Source of the DNA: Spirochaetia bacterium
Lineage (GTDB): Bacteria > Spirochaetota > Spirochaetia > SZUA-6 > Bin103
Assembly: GCA_965208575.1 (NCBI GenBank)
Contig: CBDBOV010000002.1
Location: 192,001-256,000 of the forward strand
DNA length: 64,000 bases
Reading direction: 5' to 3'
The position numbers and the translations under genes were made by a program. Under the pieces are notes generated by a model that was not told the origin of the DNA, made no database searches, and was given only the letters and a program-made list of their open reading frames with translations. Shown here one piece after another: positions 17,417 to 26,120 of the stretch (position 1 is its first letter; each line of letters begins with the position of its first letter).

Positions 17417-18185
17417 GTGGGGTTTGCTTGCGCTCCCAGTTTTCGAATTGGATTCTCTCACTCGTAATCTCAAGAAAGCAGTCCATGATTGCCGTGTGAG
17501 CTCGATCAAACCAACGATCAGCCGCAGATTTCGGAATACTTCCGACCTGTTCCGTCGCCTTAATCTCAAACACAAGAATGGGCGTGCTGTTGGCGTGACT
17601 CGTAGTTCCACTACGTACAGCCACTTGCAGGTGTATTCTTTCCGGCGCGTAAAACCCGAAGTTACAGTTGAAGCCAACAGAATCCCAGCCCTCAACCACG
17701 GGTTGAAGCAGGCAGAAGGAGGGGAGAATCTTGTTCGTGTCTTGTGGCCCGGCCCAGAAGTCACACTCTTGGATTGCGTTCACGTATGTGAGTTCGCACA
17801 TATCGATCGCCTGCTCCGAAGACGGGACTTCAGCACGAATGAACTCCGAAAAAAGGGCGTAGTATCTGTCGAAACGTGGTTTGATCTTGTGATATCTCGG
17901 GTACGCATCCTCTTGGCGTCGCCAATTGAACATGAATGCGTTCTTTTGAATCTGTATGAGACTAATGCCATCGACTGCAGTAAACCAATAGCGGGGCATT
18001 GGGAAAACGTCACCGCCGACCGGGATTTCTGTGCCTACTGGTGGTTGTTGACGCACGGTCGGAAACTCGCTCTTGATCTGCTCCCAGAACAGACCAATGT
18101 GTTCACTGCGCAAATCGAAGGGAGGCTTGAAGTACGTGGCGATCACGACTTCGTTTATGGGTGGGTTTTTGAAGTAGACTGACAT
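17409..18185 (-). CDS. TIGR04255-like protein of unknown function
   Basis: FKNPPINEVV, PRYWF, LIQIQKNAFMFNWR, YPRY, ELTYVNAI and WFDRAH...F..IT match the pattern I recall for this family. Confidence 0.75.
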   Translation of the reverse strand: MSVYFKNPPINEVVIATYFKPPFDLRSEHIGLFWEQIKSEFPTVRQQPPVGTEIPVGGDVFPMPRYWFTAVDGISLIQIQKNAFMFNWRRQEDAYPRYHKIKPRFDRYYALFSEFIRAEVPSSEQAIDMCELTYVNAIQECDFWAGPQDTNKILPSFCLLQPVVEGWDSVGFNCNFGFYAPERIHLQVAVRSGTTSHANSTPILVFEIKATEQVGSIPKSAADRWFDRAHTAIMDCFLEITSERIQFENWERKQTPHE

Positions 18186-18344
18186 CGATACGAGGTTGTT
18201 CACTCCGGTGCCGGGCTCGCAGGTTACGTGGGGACTCGGCAAGCAAGCGTATTGCAGCTTCAGTAGTCAGGGTAGCGGCAATCGCGTGGGCGGACAAGCG
18301 GCGGGACAGGTTCTTGCGCTGCCTTTGGAGTGAAGCGTCGCCAA

Positions 18345-18630
18345 CGATGTGAGGCGAGGTCGGTGCGCAGGTCGGCGGCGACCTGGTCGCGGGTGGTGCG
18401 GAAGGCGGTGCCGACCCGGTCGGCGAGGCCGGTGGCCTTGGCGGGGTCGGGGAAGCTGTGGTGCAGGCGCCGGGCAGCATCGGGCAGCGCTCGCGGGCGT
18501 CGCACACCGTCACCACGAGGTCGAACGGTTGCCCGCGGTAGTCGTCGACCTGGTTGGAGGGGTGCCCGGAGGTGTCGATGCCCACCTCCACCGAGGCGGC
18601 CACCGCGGCGGGGTTGAGGCCGTGCGGGTC
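18345..18630 (-). pseudogene. arsC: Arsenate reductase (LMW-PTP type) remnant
   Basis: PHGLNPAAVAA..EVGIDTSGHPS...FDLVVTVCDARERCP, then in another frame LHHSFPDPAKA...AFRTTRDQV. The N-terminal CxxNSxR loop is missing. Confidence 0.8.
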
Positions 18631-18874
18631 GTCGTCGTCGGCCGCAACCTGCAGTTGCTCTGGGAGTACAGCAGGTCCGGCCCTCGACGCTGGCGCTCGG
18701 GCGGTCGCCTTCGATGACGCATGTGACCGGTTGGGGCAAGGCGACCGATTTCGGAGGTAAGCTACCACATTGAGACGCTCTGACGATCAAGGTTATCTTG
18801 AAGATATGGGCGAAAGGTGCAGCTTGCGGCATATCCCGACGATGTCACCCGGTACGGAAGTCGGTTCGGAGCGC

Positions 18875-21800
18875 ATGGAAAAGAAGTATGAAGTGACTGA
18901 CCGCCGACCCGGCCTGAAGGGCGTGGCGTCCGCAGGACTGGCCGCGGTCATCTGCGCAGCACTTGCGAGTTGCAGCGCCATGGCTCCGACCCACGGGCAA
19001 GGTGCCGCGGGGAACACTCCGGACCTGGAGGTGGAGGTTCGGGTCAACGACAGTGCTCCGGTTGCCGACGGGCGGTTCACGATTGCAGCGACGGTCCGGA
19101 ACGCCGGAGGTGCAGCGGCGGAGGCCACTACACTGCGCTACTACCGCTCGACGGACGCGAGGATCACGAGAGCCGACACGGAGGTCGGCACCGACGCGGT
19201 TGCGGAGATCGCCGCGTCGGAAGCCGGCGGAGAGTCGGTGGAGGTAACGGCACCGTCGAAGCCGGGTACGTATTACTACGGGGCGTGTGTGGACGCGGTG
19301 GCGAACGAGTCCAACCTGACGAACAACTGCTCGGCATCGGAGCGGATCACCGTTCGGGAACGGCAGGACGATGACGACCACCCGGACCTGGTGGTGCTGG
19401 CGGCATCGGTCAGCGACAGCGTTCCGGCTGCGGACGCCACGTTCACGCTGTCGGCCACGGTGCGAAACTCGGGTGGTGGCGTTGCCGACGCGGCGACGCT
19501 GCGCTACTACCAGTCGACGGACGCCACAATCACGATGGCGGACACCGAGGTGGCGACGGAAGCAATCACGGGGCTGGCCGGTGCGGGGAGTGCGGGTCGC
19601 TCGGTGGAACTGACAGCTCCTTCGACACCCGGTACCTACTACTACGGGGCGTGTGTCGACACGCTGGCGAACGAGTCGGACCTGACGAACAACTGCTCGA
19701 CATCGGTGCAGGTCACGGTGCCGGAGCCGCAGCACCCGGAGTTGGTGGTGACGTCGGCTTCGGTGAACGACGACGGCCCCGTCATCGGTGCGCCGCTGAC
19801 GCTGTCGGCGACGGTCAGGAACGCCGGCGGGGGAGCGTCGGAGCCGACGGAGCTGCGCTACTACCGATCGCCGGATGCGACGATCTCGCCGACGGACACG
19901 CACCTCGGGACGGAGGAGATCTCGGAACTTGCCGGTGAGGGAAGCGCGGGCAAGTCGCTGGACCTGACCGCGCCGGCGACGCCGGGGACGCACTACTACG
20001 GGGCGTGCGTGCAGGCGGTGACCGGCGAGTCCGACACCACGAACAACTGCTCGCCATCGGTGGCGGTCACGGCGCGGGCCCAAGCGCGCGCGCCGCAGGG
20101 GGATCCCGACCTGGTGGTGACGTCGCCTTCCGTGAGCGACAGCGGTCCCGCCGCGGGGGCATCGTTCACGCTGTCGGCGACGGCCAGGAACGACGGTGAC
20201 GGAGCGGCGGCGGGGACGACGCTGCGCTTCTACCGGTCGACGGATGCGACCATCACGACGGCGGACTCATCGGTAGGGACGGCGTCGATCGCGGGGCTGG
20301 CCGCGTCCGGGAGCGCCGGAGGGTCGGTGGACCTGACGGCGCCCGCGACGCCGGGGACGTACTACTACGGAGCATGCGTGGACGCGGTGACGGGTGAGTC
20401 GGACACGACGAACAACTGCTCGTCGTCGGTGACGGTGACGGTACCGGCGCCGAAGCGCCCGGACCTGGCGGTGACATCGCCTTCCGTGAGCGACAGCAGT
20501 CCTGCGCCCGGGGGATCTGTCACGCTGTCGGCGACGGTGAGCAACAGCGGCAATGGAGCCGCCGCGGCGACGACGTTGCGCTACTACCGGTCGACGGACG
20601 CGACGATCACGACGGCGGACACTCCGGCGGGGACGAGCGCGATCGCGGGGCTTGCCGCATCCGGGAGCGTCGGAGGGTCGGTGGATCTGACGGCGCCGGC
20701 GACGGCGGGGACGTACTACTACGGAGCGTGCGTGGACGCGGTGACGGGTGAGTCGGACACGACGAACAACTGCTCGTCTTCGGTAACGGTGACCGTGACG
20801 GCGCCGTATCCCGACTTGGAGGTGGCGCTGACGGTGAACGCCGCGACCCAGCACCCGGGAAGGACGTTCAACCTGTCGGCGACGGTGAGCAACACGGGTG
20901 ACGGGGCGTCCCCGTCGACGACGCTACGGTACTACCAGTCCACGGACGCGACCATCACGACCTCCGACACGTCGGTGGGCACGGATGCGGTTGGGACGCT
21001 TGCCGCTTCGGGGACCAGCGCCGAGTCGATTTCGCTGACGGCGCCGTCTTTGTTGGGCACGTACTACTACGGGGCGTGCGTGGACACCGTGACCGGCGAG
21101 TCGGATACGACGAACAACTGCTCGTCGGCGGTGCAGGTGAACGTCCAGGCGTGGAAGCCGGACCTGCTCATGTCGAATCTGAGGGTAGACTTGACGGACC
21201 CGGTGACGGGGGAGACGTTCACGCTGTCGGCGGACGTGTTGAACGGCAGCCGCGCAGCATCGGCTGCTACGACGCTGCGCTACTACCGGTCGGCGGACTC
21301 GACCATCACGACGTCCGACACCGAGGTGGGGACGGACGCGGTGGACGCGCTGTCGGCGTATGGGAGCAGCGCTGAGTCGATCTCGCTGACCGCACCGGCG
21401 ACGACCGGCGCGTACTACTACGGTGCGTGCGTGGACGCGGTGGCGGGCGAATCCGACACGACCAACAACTGCTCGGTGTCGGTGAAGGTGGACGTCGTGG
21501 CCCAGCAAAGGCGGGTGGATATTTCGCCGCGCACGCTGACGTTCGAGGCGGTGGGCGACTCCGAGACGGTGACCGTCCGGATCCTGGACGAGAACGGCGA
21601 CGAGGACGCCGACGCGTCATACGTTTGGATCAGCATCTCTGGCCCCGGGGGACCGTGTTGCACGCTCAAGAAGGTGAAGGGCGGTCTGGAGGTCACGATG
21701 ACCCAGGCCGCGAGGCCCATGCAAGTTAGCTTGTCCTCGACCGGCGCAAAGTCGGCCACGCTGCAGGTGACCGCCTACCAGAAGGCGACGACGCTGGAAA

Positions 21801-22078
21801 TATCACCGAGCTCGGTGACCCTGGCGGTCGATGGGACCGACACGCTGAGTGCTACGGTCAAGGACCCGAACGGACACGCGATAGAAGGACTCACGGTCTA
21901 CTGGACGACGAGCGATTCGGACGTGGCAACCGTCGAAGGTGCGGACGACGGGGGTGAAACGGGTGCCACCGCCACGGTCACGGCGGCCGCAACCGGGACG
22001 GCCACGATCACCGCTCGCCACGCGGTCGAGATCAGGGGTACCGCCGCGGTGACGGTGACGAGCAGCAACGAGCAATAA
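18875..22078 (+). CDS. Large surface (lipo)protein with 7 CARDB-like Ig repeats and C-terminal Big_2-like domain(s)
   Basis: Hydrophobic leader ending LASC; seven ~120-aa repeats of PDL.V...ATVRN.G...TTLRYY.S.D..I...YYYGACVD...ESDTTNNCS; C-terminal ATVKDPNG..VYWTTSDSDVATV. Confidence 0.85.
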   Translation: MEKKYEVTDRRPGLKGVASAGLAAVICAALASCSAMAPTHGQGAAGNTPDLEVEVRVNDSAPVADGRFTIAATVRNAGGAAAEATTLRYYRSTDARITRADTEVGTDAVAEIAASEAGGESVEVTAPSKPGTYYYGACVDAVANESNLTNNCSASERITVRERQDDDDHPDLVVLAASVSDSVPAADATFTLSATVRNSGGGVADAATLRYYQSTDATITMADTEVATEAITGLAGAGSAGRSVELTAPSTPGTYYYGACVDTLANESDLTNNCSTSVQVTVPEPQHPELVVTSASVNDDGPVIGAPLTLSATVRNAGGGASEPTELRYYRSPDATISPTDTHLGTEEISELAGEGSAGKSLDLTAPATPGTHYYGACVQAVTGESDTTNNCSPSVAVTARAQARAPQGDPDLVVTSPSVSDSGPAAGASFTLSATARNDGDGAAAGTTLRFYRSTDATITTADSSVGTASIAGLAASGSAGGSVDLTAPATPGTYYYGACVDAVTGESDTTNNCSSSVTVTVPAPKRPDLAVTSPSVSDSSPAPGGSVTLSATVSNSGNGAAAATTLRYYRSTDATITTADTPAGTSAIAGLAASGSVGGSVDLTAPATAGTYYYGACVDAVTGESDTTNNCSSSVTVTVTAPYPDLEVALTVNAATQHPGRTFNLSATVSNTGDGASPSTTLRYYQSTDATITTSDTSVGTDAVGTLAASGTSAESISLTAPSLLGTYYYGACVDTVTGESDTTNNCSSAVQVNVQAWKPDLLMSNLRVDLTDPVTGETFTLSADVLNGSRAASAATTLRYYRSADSTITTSDTEVGTDAVDALSAYGSSAESISLTAPATTGAYYYGACVDAVAGESDTTNNCSVSVKVDVVAQQRRVDISPRTLTFEAVGDSETVTVRILDENGDEDADASYVWISISGPGGPCCTLKKVKGGLEVTMTQAARPMQVSLSSTGAKSATLQVTAYQKATTLEISPSSVTLAVDGTDTLSATVKDPNGHAIEGLTVYWTTSDSDVATVEGADDGGETGATATVTAAATGTATITARHAVEIRGTAAVTVTSSNEQ

Positions 22079-22120
22079 CAACACGGGCATACCCGCTACG
22101 TATCCTCGACAACCTGCGCG

Positions 22121-22247
22121 CAGAATCGCCAGGACCTCCGCGAGGGTAAGGAATCGAGGTGGGTCCATTCATTCGGCGAGGCGTCTCAGCGTCGGCGCGA
22201 ACGCCCGGTTGATACGCTCCAGGGAGGTGCGGAACTCATCCTCGGAA
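22121..22247 (-). pseudogene. Duplicated fragment of the antitoxin/doc junction (copy of 11155-11281)
   Basis: ~127 bp nearly identical; reads SEDEFRTSLERINR.FAPTLRRLAE* followed by MDPPRFLTLAEVLAIL. Confidence 0.88.
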
Positions 22248-22249
22248 TG

Positions 22250-22365
22250 CGACATCGTGGTATATCGTGGTCAGTTCACGCTTCCTCCAGGACAGATCGC
22301 GGTTCAGATAGTCGGTCAGTTCCTGCTCGCGGTCACTGTTGGAGGTGACGGAGCGCGTCTTCAGG
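22250..22365 (-). pseudogene. N-terminal fragment of a MAE_28990/MAE_18760-like HEPN protein
   Basis: ELTDYLNRDLSWRKRELTTI resembles this family's N-terminus; it runs directly into the TA remnant. Confidence 0.5.
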
Positions 22366-22372
22366 ATGCGCT

Positions 22373-23725
22373 TCAATGGCGCTTCGGTAGCTCCTTTTTC
22401 CACGCTTCTTCCGCCGACCTCTGATCCTTGGTGGTGTACACTTGGCGCAACGATCGACCGGGATCGAGCCAATCGCGGATGCACAAGACGTACAGTTTTG
22501 CCACTCTCTCGAACGCTCGGGAAGAAAGGTGGATTTCGTCGTACCAGTCGGCATCACTGTTTGCCAGTCCCCGGCAATCGATGTGCGCGACAGGGCCGAT
22601 CCTACCTGACCTCGCAATTGACGCCAGGACTTCATTGAACTCCATGATCATCGCGTATGTCGCGTCCTTCTTCTGGTGCTCCGACAGCTCCTTCTTTTCG
22701 AATGGTACCCACAGCCACTTTCCCGGCTTCGTCAACCGGTTTACGAGTCGCTGCGCGGAAACACGTCGTGCCGTTGACTTCGGTCTTGGTACAGCGTAGT
22801 CATAGCCCTGGCTTACAATCAGCATCTCCTTGAAGCGTTGTGATTTGCGGAGATTGAGCAGGAACAGAAAGTACTGAACCGACACTACGTTCAGGAATTG
22901 AAAAAATTCGTCAGACAGGACTCGTAGACCATTCATGAGTCGTTTTCCATCGAAAAAGTGTGGATCGCAGCGATACTGGCACATGCGCTTCTCAAAAAGC
23001 TTTGCCCGGACGGTGCAAGCGTCGAGGCTCTTCAGGGTTCTCCTGCGGTGGACGACCATGTTGCCGGCACGTCCTTCCCCGAGCAGGTCGTTGCCGCCAC
23101 CGCTGAACAGGAAGACATCCGGCTCCAGTTGCGAAAGAGCATCGACGTACTGCCGCGAATGAAGCATGTTGGAAAGCCAGTCTCCACCCGCCGCAATGCT
23201 CTCCACACAGACATCCCTTCGAGTAATGAGATGATTCAGTATGTCTCGTAGAAGGTCTATCCTCATTCTCCGAAGGCCGACGCTCGGGAACTGAAACCAG
23301 GAGTCACCCTCGGCGAGAACAACGACTCGCTTTCGACACTCCTGGTCTCGCAACAACCTGCGAAGGCGTCTTGTACGATTGGCTTGCTCACCTGCGTTGA
23401 AGCGGCCAAGCAAGCCGCTGAAGGCGCTGGATCGATTGGGTATGGCGTCCAGATCGAAGATGCTCCGAAATGCGTGCTTACCTGATTTCGGTTGGTCGTT
23501 CAGCGCCGCGAGGAGAGCCGCGAATATGGTCGTGGCGTCCAGAGTGCGCTCTCGCCACGCGTAGCCGGTACCGTCCGGCTTAATCCTGTCGAAGATTTCC
23601 GAGTCTCCGTCCTTCAGCTCATCGAGGTTCACGTCGAAGTAATACCACTCAAGAAACCGCACCTTGTTGCGAAGAACCGCGGCAGCACGGCGGGCAAGCT
23701 CGATTCCCGGCAATTTGGATGCCAT
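22373..23725 (-). CDS. SGNH/GDSL-type hydrolase with an N-terminal extension
   Basis: AEGDSWF (block I), SGGGND (block III), QGYDY, WYDEIH (block V); visibly lower GC. Confidence 0.8.
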   Translation of the reverse strand: MASKLPGIELARRAAAVLRNKVRFLEWYYFDVNLDELKDGDSEIFDRIKPDGTGYAWRERTLDATTIFAALLAALNDQPKSGKHAFRSIFDLDAIPNRSSAFSGLLGRFNAGEQANRTRRLRRLLRDQECRKRVVVLAEGDSWFQFPSVGLRRMRIDLLRDILNHLITRRDVCVESIAAGGDWLSNMLHSRQYVDALSQLEPDVFLFSGGGNDLLGEGRAGNMVVHRRRTLKSLDACTVRAKLFEKRMCQYRCDPHFFDGKRLMNGLRVLSDEFFQFLNVVSVQYFLFLLNLRKSQRFKEMLIVSQGYDYAVPRPKSTARRVSAQRLVNRLTKPGKWLWVPFEKKELSEHQKKDATYAMIMEFNEVLASIARSGRIGPVAHIDCRGLANSDADWYDEIHLSSRAFERVAKLYVLCIRDWLDPGRSLRQVYTTKDQRSAEEAWKKELPKRH

Positions 23726-23902
23726 GAGATGATCCCCTTCGCGAGTCGCTCACCCGCCGGGCAGTCGGTCATCGAGACTAACGCCGCACGAATACCGGAG
23801 TCGCGCCGAGATTGGTCCGCGTCGTCGTGTGCTCCTCTACCGTCGCAGAGCCCCTTGCGGACTGCGGGTGATTTCGAATTGTACCATGTGACCAGGATCC
23901 GG

Positions 23903-25330
23903 TCAGCGTTCGCGGGCGGAGAGGAACAGGTCGTAGGAGTTGGCCTGCCAGGCGTTTTCGGACGCCAGGCCGTCTCCCGTGGCGCGCATGCGGGTAACGA
24001 GGCGCTCCTTCATGCGGCGCAGGACGTGGCCGAAGGCTACCATGCCGGCCAGGTTGTGCAGTTCGCCGGGGTCGGAGCGCAGGTCGTAGAGTTCGTCCTC
24101 GGTGGCGGGGTTGTAGACGTACTTCCAGTCGGCGGTGCGGATCATGCGCGTGCTGTACAGGGTGGTCTCGTAGCCGTGGAACTCGGCGAACACGTCGTCG
24201 GGCCAGTCAGCGGGGGTGGTTCCGGCGAGCAGCGGCGCAAGGGAGCGTCCGTCGGCGCCGGCGAGCGGCTCGGCCGCGGCCAGTTCCAGCAGCGTGGGGG
24301 CGAGGTCGACCAGGCTGGCGAACGCATCGGTGGCAGTGCCGCGTTCGACGCCGGGGCCGGAGAGCAGCAGCGGCACGCGATGGGTCTCCTCGTACATGTG
24401 GAAGCCCTTGTTGAACAGCCGGTGGCTGCCGAGCATGTCGCCGTGATCGGCGGTCACCACCACGATGGTGTCGTCGCGCCGTCCGGAGCGTTCCAGTGCT
24501 TCGAGCACGCGGCCCACCTGGTAGTCGACGAAGCTGCAGTAGCCCCAGTAGGCGGCGATCACGCGCTGCCAGTCGGGCCAGGTGAGGTGGGCGGCGTTCC
24601 AGCGCAGCAGCTCCTTCTGCTGGATGAGCGGCTTGCCTGCGAAGCGCTCGTCGAAGTTGTCCGGGCGCGGGACGTCGGCGGGGTCGTACCGGGTGTCCCA
24701 CGGCGCCGGCACCGAGTAGGGGAAGTGCGGCCCGAAGAAGGAGGCGAACACCAGGAAGGGAGCGTCGCCGCCGCCGAGCGTGTCCACCATCTCGATGGCG
24801 CGGTCCGCCGTCCATGCCTCCTGGGTCTGCCCGGCGGCCAGCGTGTTGCGCCCGGCGAACGGCGCCGACCCGCCCCATTCCAGGCGCTGCACCTCGTCGC
24901 GGGCGAAGTCGTAGCCGCGCTCGGCCAGCGGGCCGGACCACTCGGCGGGCGTGTGCCAGCGGTGAATGCCCCACAGCGCGCCGTCGCCCTCGCGCGGCAG
25001 GTGCCACTTGCCGGCGTAGCCGATCCGGTAGCCGGCGGCGGCGAGCCGTGACAGCAGCGTGGGCTGACCGATGAGCCGGTCGTCGAACACGCCGTTGAAG
25101 TTGCCCATGTTGGAGAGTTGCAGGTGGTTGTGCGGATAGCGCCCGGTCAGCAGCGAGGCGCGCGCCGGCGTGCACAGCGCGATCGGCGTAAAGGCGCCGG
25201 TGAAGCGCACCCCGGCCGCGCCCACCGCGTCCATCGCCGGCGTCCGGCACACCGCGGCGCCGTTACAGCTCAGCGCGTCGTAACGAAGCTGGTCGGCCAG
25301 CAGGATAAGGATGTTCGGCGGTCTCGGCAT
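23903..25330 (-). CDS. Formylglycine-dependent sulfatase
   Basis: PNILILLADQLR, CTPARASLLTG, GKWH, ADHGDMLGSH, ELYDLRSDPGELHNL. Confidence 0.93.
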   Translation of the reverse strand: MPRPPNILILLADQLRYDALSCNGAAVCRTPAMDAVGAAGVRFTGAFTPIALCTPARASLLTGRYPHNHLQLSNMGNFNGVFDDRLIGQPTLLSRLAAAGYRIGYAGKWHLPREGDGALWGIHRWHTPAEWSGPLAERGYDFARDEVQRLEWGGSAPFAGRNTLAAGQTQEAWTADRAIEMVDTLGGGDAPFLVFASFFGPHFPYSVPAPWDTRYDPADVPRPDNFDERFAGKPLIQQKELLRWNAAHLTWPDWQRVIAAYWGYCSFVDYQVGRVLEALERSGRRDDTIVVVTADHGDMLGSHRLFNKGFHMYEETHRVPLLLSGPGVERGTATDAFASLVDLAPTLLELAAAEPLAGADGRSLAPLLAGTTPADWPDDVFAEFHGYETTLYSTRMIRTADWKYVYNPATEDELYDLRSDPGELHNLAGMVAFGHVLRRMKERLVTRMRATGDGLASENAWQANSYDLFLSARER

Positions 25331-25413
25331 CGGTGGTCACTGATACCACGGCCGCCGGCCCGCGTCGACAGCCGCGCGGGTCCGCGGCGCGGGTGGGCAT
25401 TGCGGCAGCACCG

Positions 25414-25580
25414 ACGACGCCGCGAACCTTGCGAGCCGATGGCGCGGCACCCCCCGACCGCCGGTGGCGACACCCGGCTGCATGCGGGCGGCGACACATC
25501 CCCGGCTGCGGTACGGGCGGTGGTGTGCCGTTGCGGGCAGCGAAGCGGCGGCGGGCTTGAACCGGCGGCGTGCCATGCGG
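25414..25580. repeat. ~165-bp non-coding block homologous to 11498-11665, upstream of the HNH gene
   Basis: Direct alignment with the first copy. Confidence 0.85.
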
Positions 25581-26105
25581 CAACGCCGCAGGGCACGCGA
25601 GCGCGCCGCCGCGCACAGGCAGGGGGTGCGAACGCTGAACGCGGTAGCCTGATGCGAAGAAACCGGACGGCGGGCAGTGCTTGGGTATCGGGCTCATGGC
25701 GCCGTGGCTGGCGCTGCGGCCGGGGCTGCGGCCGCCTCGCGGAACCCGACGCCTGAAGGGGCTGGAGCGGACCTCGCCGAGAGGGTGGAGCAGAGGCAGG
25801 GCTGTCTTCGATGTCGCGGCGTGACCGTACAGACTCCGACCGAGCGTGGACACCGTGCGAGGCAGCCCTGCCGTACCGGCCGTACCGGCAGATCGCGGAC
25901 GAGGAGAGAATCGCAAAAAAAGTTGCGCGTACCACTTGACGCGATTTTCGGGGCGCGTAGCCGCTTGCTGTGCCCCGCGGCGGCCCCTCCGACTGTCCGA
26001 GAACGACTTGGCCTCCACGGGTACGACAGCGCCCTGCTGAGCGGCCTTCCGGGCGACGTTTCACCGCCATCGAGGACTCGGACAAATCGGCTATTTTGAA
26101 TCCCA

Positions 26106-26114
26106 TGGTATACT
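26106..26114 (+). promoter_or_regulatory. Extended -10 element, probably driving a leaderless HNH mRNA
   Basis: TG-G-TATACT ends 6 nt before ATG 26121; there is no RBS. Confidence 0.65.
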
Positions 26115-26120
26115 TACGAC

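Noticed and set aside
14305-18260. Integron (integrase next to cassette-like low-GC genes)
   Set aside because: The integrase is enclosed by the IS inverted repeats, shows no IntI-specific insertion, and no attC-like sites were found by eye.
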